A program made the position numbers and the translations under genes. The notes under the pieces were generated by a model. The model did no database searches and was not told the DNA's origin. It was given only the letters and a program-made list of their open reading frames with translations. A stretch of 64,000 nucleotides of DNA from the sequence record OQ363659.1. One strand, written 5' to 3'. This document shows, one piece after another, positions 46,986 to 55,195 of this stretch (the first letter of the stretch is position 1; each line of letters starts with the position of its first letter).

Positions 46986-48227
46986 TTAGGCTGCTTTGAA
47001 TCGGAAGGAGTCAACAAACAGAGAGTTGTTGAGTAGTGCTTCGAGGTTTTCTTCGTGGGTGATCAGACGGTTCTCACGGCGACGTTTAGGCGAAGCGAGT
47101 TCAGCCATGTAGTCATAGAGGTTCCGACCAGTGTGATATTCTTTCAGGAGTTCATCCAGAGCATCAATGTCTTTTTGGATAGGACTTACCAACGACCGAT
47201 CTTTGATGGTCTTCAGTTGGTTGATCAAATCCATACGGATTTTCTGTACGCGTTCTTTCGGGTTGTCGTAACGACCAGCGAAGTCCCAGTCCGAGTCACC
47301 CGATACAGTCATCAACCAAATAATGGTAAATGGCAAGAAGACTAAGGCGGCAGCCATACGGATCAGGTTACCCCACCACGAAGCTCGCATGTCGGTGTCC
47401 ATGCCGTATGCTTTATACATGCGGTGCAGACCAGTAGCTACGTAGCGACCATAGCCCAGACGAGTAGCGAACATGTCCGCCATCTGCTCTTCACGTTTGT
47501 GTGCAGAACTACCGTTCTCGAACAGATAGTGGCGCGATGCTTTCTTGTACGAGGACAGAATAGCACGACGAGCTTTGTCTGGAGTCGGACTGTTTACAAA
47601 TGTCTCACGTTGGTCTTCAGGAATGTTCTTCACCAGCCAGGTGTGGTCGAGAACTTCCAGGTTGTATTCATTGCGCTTGTTACCGAGGACTACGTCGATA
47701 CCGTCAGTCAACATGTAGTTGAGGTAGATGTAGTCGGACAGGGTAACGAACAGGTTGAACGCGTGACCACATTCGTGCAGGATGATCCCGGTGATCTCTT
47801 CGTCTGAGTAACCATTAGCACCCATGAAGAAAGCTTCCGAGCAGTTAGACTTGAACTTCAGTTCGTCAACCATCGGACCAGTAGCCTTCAGGTTCTTCAG
47901 GTCTACTTTGGTGATGTACTTCAAACCGTCTTTAGACGAGATGTTTTCTTTAGGGAATACCGATGACCACGTGGTACCTTGGTGACCCCAATACTGGAAC
48001 GTCATCATCCATGCATCTGGATGTGGACCAGGGGTAGAAATGAACTCTACGTTAAGACCAGTCATCTTTACGATTTCACCGAGGCCTTTCAGTGTCTCCG
48101 CGCTGACTTGTCCGGCAAGCTCGTACGACTTGCGCATTTTTGCAACTTGTGCCTGGATAAGTTTACCCAGTTCACGAGAGACATCTACAGAGATGACCTC
48201 GTTGGAAACTGTAAATTGTTGTAGCAT
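46986..48227 (-). CDS. virion protein with zinc-metallopeptidase motif, phiKZ gp84-like
   Basis: ILHECGH and EQMAD motifs; hydrophobic segment; N-terminal SNE site. Confidence 0.7.
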   Translation of the reverse strand: MLQQFTVSNEVISVDVSRELGKLIQAQVAKMRKSYELAGQVSAETLKGLGEIVKMTGLNVEFISTPGPHPDAWMMTFQYWGHQGTTWSSVFPKENISSKDGLKYITKVDLKNLKATGPMVDELKFKSNCSEAFFMGANGYSDEEITGIILHECGHAFNLFVTLSDYIYLNYMLTDGIDVVLGNKRNEYNLEVLDHTWLVKNIPEDQRETFVNSPTPDKARRAILSSYKKASRHYLFENGSSAHKREEQMADMFATRLGYGRYVATGLHRMYKAYGMDTDMRASWWGNLIRMAAALVFLPFTIIWLMTVSGDSDWDFAGRYDNPKERVQKIRMDLINQLKTIKDRSLVSPIQKDIDALDELLKEYHTGRNLYDYMAELASPKRRRENRLITHEENLEALLNNSLFVDSFRFKAA

Positions 48228-48330
48228 GGTTAGCTTCCCATGGTTAGCTGATTAATCATAAAGATAAGGCTTTGGAGGAAATACTCATCTGCATAATCTC
48301 ATGTGATCAACCATCTTAAAGGAGTGTCTA

Positions 48331-50280
48331 ATGTCGACTATTGAATTTAGTCCAGAGGACGTTATTGGGCGTGAAGCAAAACACATCACGTACGTCCCAG
48401 ACCAGTTCGGTAAACAACATGATGCTCACTTTGTAAAAGAAGTATTGCATTTAAAGGGCGGCAAAACTGTTAGCCGTCTGGTTCGGTGGGATGACTATGA
48501 GCGTAGCTATTACATTACGCAAAAGGGTCGTCGTAACCACCACGAAAAGAAAGACTACGAGCTGCTTGAGAACTTGACTAAATACAAGTCGACTCAAGTT
48601 AACTTGGCACGTAGCATTGCTAAAGCGTTAGGTGATTATTCACAGGGTCCTAACCCACGTCTGCGTAACTTATCACGTAGTCCGTATCTGTACGGTTCTG
48701 ACGTTAGTTCGACGTGTTGCTTGAAGAACGATTACCAAACTCGTTATCCAGGTTTGATCTCACGTAACACCGTAGCTGGTGGTGACATCGAAACCAACGT
48801 ATACGAGTCACACAACGACGGTCAGATCATCTGCATGTCGGTTACACATAAAGAGAATGTGTATCTGGCTTATCTGCAACACTGGGTTCATGATATCGAT
48901 GATCCGGTAGCACAGACTTACGCTGAGATGGAATCTATTCCAGAACTCAAAGCGTTGATGCATGGTCGTAACCTCAAGATTGAAGTTGAAGTTGTGAAGA
49001 CTCCAGCTGACATCGTGATTCAATGTTTCAAACGTCTACATGAGTGGAAGCCAGACTTCTTTGCTTTCTGGAACATCGAGTTCGACATGAGTCGAATCTT
49101 GAAAACACTCAATGACTACGGTATCGATCCGAAAGATGTATTCTCGGACAGTTCTGTTCCTCCAAACTATCGTCATTTCCACTTCAAGAAAGATTCGGCG
49201 ATGATGACTACAGCTTCGGGTGTATCGAAGTCTCGTGGTCCTCAAGATCAGTGGCACTGGATTACAGCTCCTGCTACTTTCCAATGTATCGACTCGATGT
49301 CAACGTATCGTGTAACACGTTTGGCTAAGGGTAAAGAACCTTCTTATGCCCTGGGTTACATTCTGGGCAAAGAGCTCAGCGTTAACGAAGAAACCGAGTT
49401 GAAGAAAGACGGTGATCTGTTAGCGTTCTTGAAGAAGTGCGAAAAGAAACTCAACGAAACTCCGGGTTCGTACCCACATTGGTTTATCAATGATGAACCA
49501 GCTCACAACCTGAACAATGCTCAGATCGGTGATACCGTTTGTCTGAAAGTAGACTTCGGTAAGTTAGACTTCGAAGCTGTTGCGAACCTCAATGGTATCG
49601 AATGGCACATTGAGATGCAAACGAAACACAAGATCAAATATGGTCTTTATAACATCATCGACAGCATGCGTCTGGAACAACTAGACGAAAAGATCAACGA
49701 CTTGGCTCGTTCGATTACTTTGTTCTCGAAGTCTTCCGACTATAAGAACTTCTCGTCGAACCCTAAGCGTCTGATTGACGACATGCACTTCTGGTATTTG
49801 AAACGTGGTCAAGTAATTGGTTCGTCTTCGGATCAGATGGTCCATGAACTCGATCAGTACGTAGTGTCACACCGTGACTGGATTGTTACGTTGCCTTCGT
49901 ATATGGCTGGTCAACATGGCATCAAGTGTGTTAAGGACTTACCGAACTATCACACACTGATCTTTGTACACGTAGCTGACTTGGACATTGTATCGACATA
50001 TCCAAACGTATCGCAGATTCTAAACATCGCACGTGAAACTACGGTGATGGAATTCTCAGCGATTCAAGGTGTGTCGGAACATTGGCGCCGTGAAGCAGGT
50101 GTTAACTTGACCGCAGGTCGTGTTAACTCTGTTGAGATTACTCAGAAGCTGATGTCTGCTCCGCGCCTGGATACCATGTTGTTGGCATTCATGGAGCACA
50201 TCGGTATGGCTGAGCCTACACTGAACCAAGCCGTGGAGGCAACCACCGAAAAGAAGAGTGTATCAGTGGAAGCGGTATGA
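48331..50280 (+). CDS. split family-B DNA polymerase, exonuclease plus motif-A subunit (phiKZ gp82-like)
   Basis: ExoI GDIET, ExoII WNIEFD, ExoIII YNIID and Pol motif A DLDIVSTYP; no motif B or C (DTD). Confidence 0.85.
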   Translation: MSTIEFSPEDVIGREAKHITYVPDQFGKQHDAHFVKEVLHLKGGKTVSRLVRWDDYERSYYITQKGRRNHHEKKDYELLENLTKYKSTQVNLARSIAKALGDYSQGPNPRLRNLSRSPYLYGSDVSSTCCLKNDYQTRYPGLISRNTVAGGDIETNVYESHNDGQIICMSVTHKENVYLAYLQHWVHDIDDPVAQTYAEMESIPELKALMHGRNLKIEVEVVKTPADIVIQCFKRLHEWKPDFFAFWNIEFDMSRILKTLNDYGIDPKDVFSDSSVPPNYRHFHFKKDSAMMTTASGVSKSRGPQDQWHWITAPATFQCIDSMSTYRVTRLAKGKEPSYALGYILGKELSVNEETELKKDGDLLAFLKKCEKKLNETPGSYPHWFINDEPAHNLNNAQIGDTVCLKVDFGKLDFEAVANLNGIEWHIEMQTKHKIKYGLYNIIDSMRLEQLDEKINDLARSITLFSKSSDYKNFSSNPKRLIDDMHFWYLKRGQVIGSSSDQMVHELDQYVVSHRDWIVTLPSYMAGQHGIKCVKDLPNYHTLIFVHVADLDIVSTYPNVSQILNIARETTVMEFSAIQGVSEHWRREAGVNLTAGRVNSVEITQKLMSAPRLDTMLLAFMEHIGMAEPTLNQAVEATTEKKSVSVEAV

Positions 50281-50629
50281 TGGTTACGAGTGTTCATCGC
50301 ATGGAGACAAACGTTTCTCAGCGATGTTCGCTCTGATGCCAGATGGGCGTACAATTGAGGCCCATTATCAATGCGACGTGAAAGGTATTGCTCCTGGCTC
50401 TACCGATTGGCGGTTAGGTAAAGGGAAGCCCCCTGTAGATCGTTCTAAGGACCTATGGAAAGAGTATAAACAACTCTGGACCGTATGGGCAGATCTTAAC
50501 CCAGACCTTATGCGCGAGCTCTCAGAGGCTTGCGCGTTGATGGACTACACGTTGTCAGATAAGTTCGCTAACACTGACATTTCTCAAGCTCGGGCGTTGT
50601 GTGAGTTGCTGAATGAAAGGACATATTAG
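50258..50629 (+). CDS. putative NADAR-like protein
   Basis: SSHGDKRFSA...TIEAHYQCDVKG resembles the NADAR T/S-x-E-H-Y-Y/F-Q-x-x-K motif. Confidence 0.4.
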   Translation: MYQWKRYDGYECSSHGDKRFSAMFALMPDGRTIEAHYQCDVKGIAPGSTDWRLGKGKPPVDRSKDLWKEYKQLWTVWADLNPDLMRELSEACALMDYTLSDKFANTDISQARALCELLNERTY

Positions 50630-50653
50630 CCTTCCCTGAGGGAAGGCTTTATG
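50622..50653. terminator. bidirectional CATA/TATG-flanked hairpin
   Basis: AGCCTTCCC-TGA-GGGAAGGCT between convergent genes. Confidence 0.7.
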
Positions 50654-50658
50654 CCGCA

Positions 50659-51357
50659 TCAAGGTGTAAACGGAAACTTGTATTTACAAGCTTGATACAT
50701 CCGCACATCAGTCAGCCATCCATTCAGGATAACTGCGCTTAGTTGTGGTGGGTTTGCACCAGTACCGTAGTAAGCACCAATACACCAGTCCACCGCTAGC
50801 TGTGCTCGAGTAGTGCTGTTAGATGTCTCAGCAGCAATCTTCCCGTTAACCCAAACCCGATGGAGGTTACCATTTCGGGTAACTGCCCAATGGTCCCACT
50901 GTAAGGTACTTGGACCAAACCCTGCTAACAACCCAGAGTTCTCACTATACGAACCCAAGTTGTAACTGAGTCCGGCATTATCGTAAAGCATTGCCAAGAA
51001 ACCACCTTGACCAGCAGCTTGTCGCCACTGGCCGATAATGTTTGCTCCGCCAGCCTTACGTGATTCTGGTTTATACCAGAACTCAATAGTGAAGTCGCCT
51101 GTCAAGAAGTTAGGAAGCTGTGTATAAGGCATCCGTAACCAACGCACAGCATTACCAGGGAAATACACGGACTTCATGCCAGCCTTAGGTCCCACGTCAG
51201 CTACTGCCAAACTACTAGGGTTGCTAATAGTCACGTTCATGCCAGAGCGATCAACCAAAGCAGTGGAACCTACGGCTAGATCCGACGGGTCTAACCAGAA
51301 TACCGGTACTCCATCAAAAGCTAACGGTTTACCTGATGACAATAATTGTTCAAACAT
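50659..51357 (-). CDS. LamG/concanavalin A-like lectin-domain protein
   Basis: FTIEFWY, WDHWAVTRNG..RVWVNG and NGWLTDVRMY. Confidence 0.8.
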   Translation of the reverse strand: MFEQLLSSGKPLAFDGVPVFWLDPSDLAVGSTALVDRSGMNVTISNPSSLAVADVGPKAGMKSVYFPGNAVRWLRMPYTQLPNFLTGDFTIEFWYKPESRKAGGANIIGQWRQAAGQGGFLAMLYDNAGLSYNLGSYSENSGLLAGFGPSTLQWDHWAVTRNGNLHRVWVNGKIAAETSNSTTRAQLAVDWCIGAYYGTGANPPQLSAVILNGWLTDVRMYQACKYKFPFTP

Positions 51358-51366
51358 AAAACTTCC

Positions 51367-52611
51367 TTATGGTACAAGTTCCAACACTGGTCGCCATCCA
51401 TAGCCTGCGTTAGTTACGTTTGCATTATGGTACCAAGGACCCATCAACCCAGGATAACCGTTAGTGCCACGGCCACGTGTGTCATCTTCTTGCACTATCA
51501 CGAGCTGACCATTGTTAGCTAGACCAGTGCCCGTGATGAGTTGCGCAGTGGTGTAGCTTGCCCAAGTACCATCAGTCAATGCGGTATACCAGCGTAACCA
51601 TTCACCAGCCACCGTGTTAGATGGGTTGGTAGCTCGCCCAGTCATGCATCGAACTTTGTAGGTCTTGCCTGCAATCACAACAGTCGTGCTACCCGTAACA
51701 ATACCACGTGCTTCGAGTTGTTCTTTAGTAACGGTGTGGCGTAGAGAAGTCTTAGCCAGGTAGTATGTCTTACCATCTTCTTCGATCTTCAGCCATGGTG
51801 TGCCAGCGTTGGTTACCGTACCCGACGTTAGACCAACGGCTGTCGCTAGATCAGCAGCTGTAATGAAATCAGCTTGTGCTACTTCACCTTTGAACGGAGT
51901 AACCGGAACAGGTGGTGTAGTACCTTTCAATACCAACATAGGGCGCCAACCATAAACGGTGCCAACATTAGCTGCCACATCTTGCGGTCGACCATACCAG
52001 AAAGATGCGATTACGGGAACACCATTTGATGGATAACGACCACGTGAAATGTATCCATCGGATGTACCATTGGCAGCTTCTTTTGTCCAGCTGCCCGTAC
52101 CAATACCCTGAGAAGCACTATCACCTTCTTCTTGGATGTTCAGCATTGCGTTTGTGTAGTTTCCCCACACCTGGCGATTCAATTCACTAGCCCGAGAGCC
52201 GCCGAATATATTGTACATATATCGATTCCACTGGCCTCCAGCTTGTGTATTGTCCACTGTAGATGGGTCAGTCTTAGCACCCGTCATGAATTCCACAACA
52301 AAATCACGGCCACCGATTGTCAGGGTCTTGCCTGATTGTGCAGCGTTGCATTCCTGCCAAGTAACTTTGTATCGCAATGTTTTCTTAGCGATATATATCT
52401 CATATCCATTATCTTCAATGAAATGCAGCCAACCCGAATTCGGATTAGATGAGAAGCCTGCTGTCAAGCCAATAGCCTGGGCTAGTGCCGGTCCATTAAT
52501 AAAGTCCTTTGAACGAACTACCCCTTTAAACGGTGTACCTGCCGGAAAAGGGAAATCATGATCGTCTTGTTCCTCTTGGAAGTAGCTGGAACTTAATAGG
52601 TTTTCAAACAT
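51367..52611 (-). CDS. virion tail-associated protein with two repeats (phiKZ gp83/gp130-135-type family)
   Basis: Two repeats of PFKG.V...DFI....LA.A.GLT.G...YGWRP.L.L. Confidence 0.7.
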   Translation of the reverse strand: MFENLLSSSYFQEEQDDHDFPFPAGTPFKGVVRSKDFINGPALAQAIGLTAGFSSNPNSGWLHFIEDNGYEIYIAKKTLRYKVTWQECNAAQSGKTLTIGGRDFVVEFMTGAKTDPSTVDNTQAGGQWNRYMYNIFGGSRASELNRQVWGNYTNAMLNIQEEGDSASQGIGTGSWTKEAANGTSDGYISRGRYPSNGVPVIASFWYGRPQDVAANVGTVYGWRPMLVLKGTTPPVPVTPFKGEVAQADFITAADLATAVGLTSGTVTNAGTPWLKIEEDGKTYYLAKTSLRHTVTKEQLEARGIVTGSTTVVIAGKTYKVRCMTGRATNPSNTVAGEWLRWYTALTDGTWASYTTAQLITGTGLANNGQLVIVQEDDTRGRGTNGYPGLMGPWYHNANVTNAGYGWRPVLELVP

Positions 52612-52646
52612 GACTGCCTCTGAGTTTTAATACACAGTATTGCGGT

Positions 52647-52675
52647 ATAAAGCCTCCCTTCGGGGAGGCTTTATG
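52647..52675. terminator. hairpin terminator
   Basis: 12-bp stem ATAAAGCCTCCC-TTCG-GGGAGGCTTTAT. Confidence 0.75.
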
Positions 52676-54268
52676 TTAGCAGTAACGCTGGAAGAATTCC
52701 AGCAGCCAGCCTTGGTGACTAGCTGGGAACTTACGCAACAGGTATGGCAGGTCGATCTGTTTACGAGCTGCTTTATCATCATCGGTATAGACGTGGAAGA
52801 TAGTCAGCAGGTTAACGTGAGTTTCTTGTACGTCGCCGTCAGTACGCAGGGTACCAGTGAAGCGGGTAGCGTAGGTTGGTTCGAACAGGCCAGTCCGATG
52901 CTTCTTATAGAAGTCACGGAAATACGCCATGGCATTACCGAAGCCTACTGGGTCTTCCAGTTTCAGGATGTAACGGAACAGGTTGTCCAGTTCCTTTTGT
53001 TCTTTGGTGCCGATCTCAACAGTGATCGGGGTACCTGGGGCGCAAGCCTTGAGGTAACGCTCGGTTTGAGTTTTCAGATATGCTGCATTCATTGCGGTCA
53101 ACCCTTGTGGGATTACAGTTGCTGTTTGAACGACCGGTTCGGCGATCGTGGGTTCAGGGGTCACAGCAGTAGGTTGCTCACCCACCACTTTCACAGAATT
53201 GCTCTGCAATTTCTTGTAAGCACGAATAACGTCTTCTGGTTTGTTCGACTGCGAACACAGATCCAGACGTTTGTTCAACTCAGTGGATACTTTCTGGTCA
53301 GTGGTTTCACCAACTGAGCGAATCTCACCCAGAGCCCAGGCAACCAGTTCTTGAGTAGTCCACTCAGCAGCAGTACGACGAGCTCGGGTTACGTCATTGC
53401 GCCAAGCACCGTTCGAAGTCTTGGCTGGTTCCAGACCTTGAGTCAAGAAGTCGATCAGGTCACGTACAGACCAAGCAGCATCTACGGCTACCAGTTGACG
53501 ATAGGCTTTGGCCAGAGCACTGTATTGGTTCTCACCGATACCATCCAGCTTACCTTCAAAGCCATCCAGAATTTCGTCCACACCCCAGGTCGAGATCTCA
53601 CGATCTTTACGAGTAGGGTCACTTACAACAGAACCGCGTTCGGTATGGGCGATTACGTTTCCGCCGGTGGCGATCCACTGGTCGACGTGTTCGTCTGTCC
53701 AGCTGTCGGGGACTCCGTGTTCGGTACGGAATTTGGCGTAGTCGAACGCCGGTTCTTGATCGCTTGTATCAGCGGTCGGTTCCATTGTGAGCTCGTCATT
53801 GCTCCCTTCTGGGATTTCATTTTGTGCGTTTTCCATTTCGATTTCTTCGTTAGCCTTGTAGGCGCGGTATTGATTGATGATCCAGTCTACAGCGTCTTCT
53901 ACATCTTGACCTGTGAAATCTGCACCAGTAAATTCGAGTTCTTCTTTGGTGAAGACATCGTAAACATAACCCGTCGGTTCATCGACATTGTATTTAAACC
54001 AACGGTCGACTAGTTCCTGATTACCCTGCATGAACCACGTCAGTGCCAGGTTGGCTTCAGATGGTCCACCATCCGTTGCTTGTAGTGTCCAGGCATTTAC
54101 ATAGTCACGATCTTCGGGAGTTGCTTCTCTCAGTTTCTCGATCAGCGTCTTATCGTTAACAGCAGCTTGTTCAGTGAACTCCGTTGCTGTCATTGGAAGA
54201 GATGGAGACATCGATTGAACCGGGATACTACCATCAGCCTGACGGAAAGATTTACGTTTGTTACCCAT
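52676..54268 (-). CDS. conserved hypothetical protein with Trp-containing repeats
   Basis: 530 aa; AAGGA RBS; TATG about 30 nt upstream. Confidence 0.75.
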   Translation of the reverse strand: MGNKRKSFRQADGSIPVQSMSPSLPMTATEFTEQAAVNDKTLIEKLREATPEDRDYVNAWTLQATDGGPSEANLALTWFMQGNQELVDRWFKYNVDEPTGYVYDVFTKEELEFTGADFTGQDVEDAVDWIINQYRAYKANEEIEMENAQNEIPEGSNDELTMEPTADTSDQEPAFDYAKFRTEHGVPDSWTDEHVDQWIATGGNVIAHTERGSVVSDPTRKDREISTWGVDEILDGFEGKLDGIGENQYSALAKAYRQLVAVDAAWSVRDLIDFLTQGLEPAKTSNGAWRNDVTRARRTAAEWTTQELVAWALGEIRSVGETTDQKVSTELNKRLDLCSQSNKPEDVIRAYKKLQSNSVKVVGEQPTAVTPEPTIAEPVVQTATVIPQGLTAMNAAYLKTQTERYLKACAPGTPITVEIGTKEQKELDNLFRYILKLEDPVGFGNAMAYFRDFYKKHRTGLFEPTYATRFTGTLRTDGDVQETHVNLLTIFHVYTDDDKAARKQIDLPYLLRKFPASHQGWLLEFFQRYC

Positions 54269-54337
54269 TGAGGAATCCTTGTTAGCTATAGTTCAAACCA
54301 TAAGGTACTTGAGTAGAACAAAAAAAAAATAAAGGGC

Positions 54338-54357
54338 ATGGAGCCCGAAGGCTCCAT
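54338..54357 (-). terminator. rho-independent terminator
   Basis: ATGGAGCC-CGAA-GGCTCCAT with a long U-tract on the minus strand. Confidence 0.8.
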
Positions 54358-55124
54358 TAATAATAACTCGTAGTCTCTGGCTTGGTGTAATACACCCGCT
54401 CTGGATCTTTTTTGAGTCGCTTGTTTATCAGCTGGAATGGCATCCGTGTAACATCCACTGCTACTCGGAATGAAGGATAAGTAATCCCATCGATAAAGAT
54501 AGGTCGAGCAAACTTATTCCTTTCCGGCAGAGCAGCTAACAACGCTTCTACAGTCTTTGGATCAGAATGTCTTTCCCACAATAGGTTCAACATCTTAGGA
54601 GATTGCTCGAAGCGTTTGATCGCATCGGCATAAGACTCCTTCATTATCTTCACCACGTACTCACCGTGGTTGTATTCGAAGATCTGTTGCATGTAGATGT
54701 TGGGGTGTCTACCTATAGCCAGTTTCCATTCCATGTTCTGGATGGAACGATGAATATTCCGAGACTCCCCAATCCAAACGAATCCATTCGGGAAAGCGAC
54801 TTTGTACACCCCTTTGTTTTTCGTCAAAGGGGATTTCGTTTCATTGAGTGTCAGTTTCTTAGTACGGGCTTCACGGAGTCGTATCAACAACACTCGTTCA
54901 GCTTGTTCTAAGTTCTGACAGACTTCAATCTCGAAAGCAAAGTCTTTATGGTTACCCGACTTGTTAAACAGTTCTTGGCACTTACGGGACTTGTGCAAAC
55001 CATCACACAGCAACCCATGATGCCAGTCTTGTTGTTTAGCAAAGTTGTTGGTCATCCCTGAAAAAACTTGCTCCGTTAGAATGTGGCGTAAGTGATACAC
55101 GCCATTAACTGAGTCAAAGAACAT
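54357..55124 (-). CDS. free-standing tandem GIY-YIG endonuclease-like protein with C-terminal DNA-binding module
   Basis: GVY..FSG and GVY..WIG motifs; C-terminal PIFIDGITYPS..A (NUMOD-like); start 55124 with AGGAGG. Confidence 0.65.
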   Translation of the reverse strand: MFFDSVNGVYHLRHILTEQVFSGMTNNFAKQQDWHHGLLCDGLHKSRKCQELFNKSGNHKDFAFEIEVCQNLEQAERVLLIRLREARTKKLTLNETKSPLTKNKGVYKVAFPNGFVWIGESRNIHRSIQNMEWKLAIGRHPNIYMQQIFEYNHGEYVVKIMKESYADAIKRFEQSPKMLNLLWERHSDPKTVEALLAALPERNKFARPIFIDGITYPSFRVAVDVTRMPFQLINKRLKKDPERVYYTKPETTSYY

Positions 55125-55145
55125 AGGACCTCCTGACGGCATAAT

Positions 55146-55195
55146 ACAGGGACTGTTACATCCCTGTAATATAGTTCTGACTTTCTATCGAATCA
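55146..55195 (-). promoter_or_regulatory. early-type promoter P7 with hairpin
   Basis: TGATT-N17-TATATTAC; ACAGGGA/TCCCTGT inverted repeat. Confidence 0.7.

Noticed and set aside
49377-49555. Possible intein in the polymerase subunit
   Set aside because: Too short, with no HN-C/S/T terminus or splicing blocks
52640-54013. Plus-strand ORFs 52640-53317 and 53351-54013
   Set aside because: Antisense to the 530-aa gene, and the first crosses a terminator hairpin
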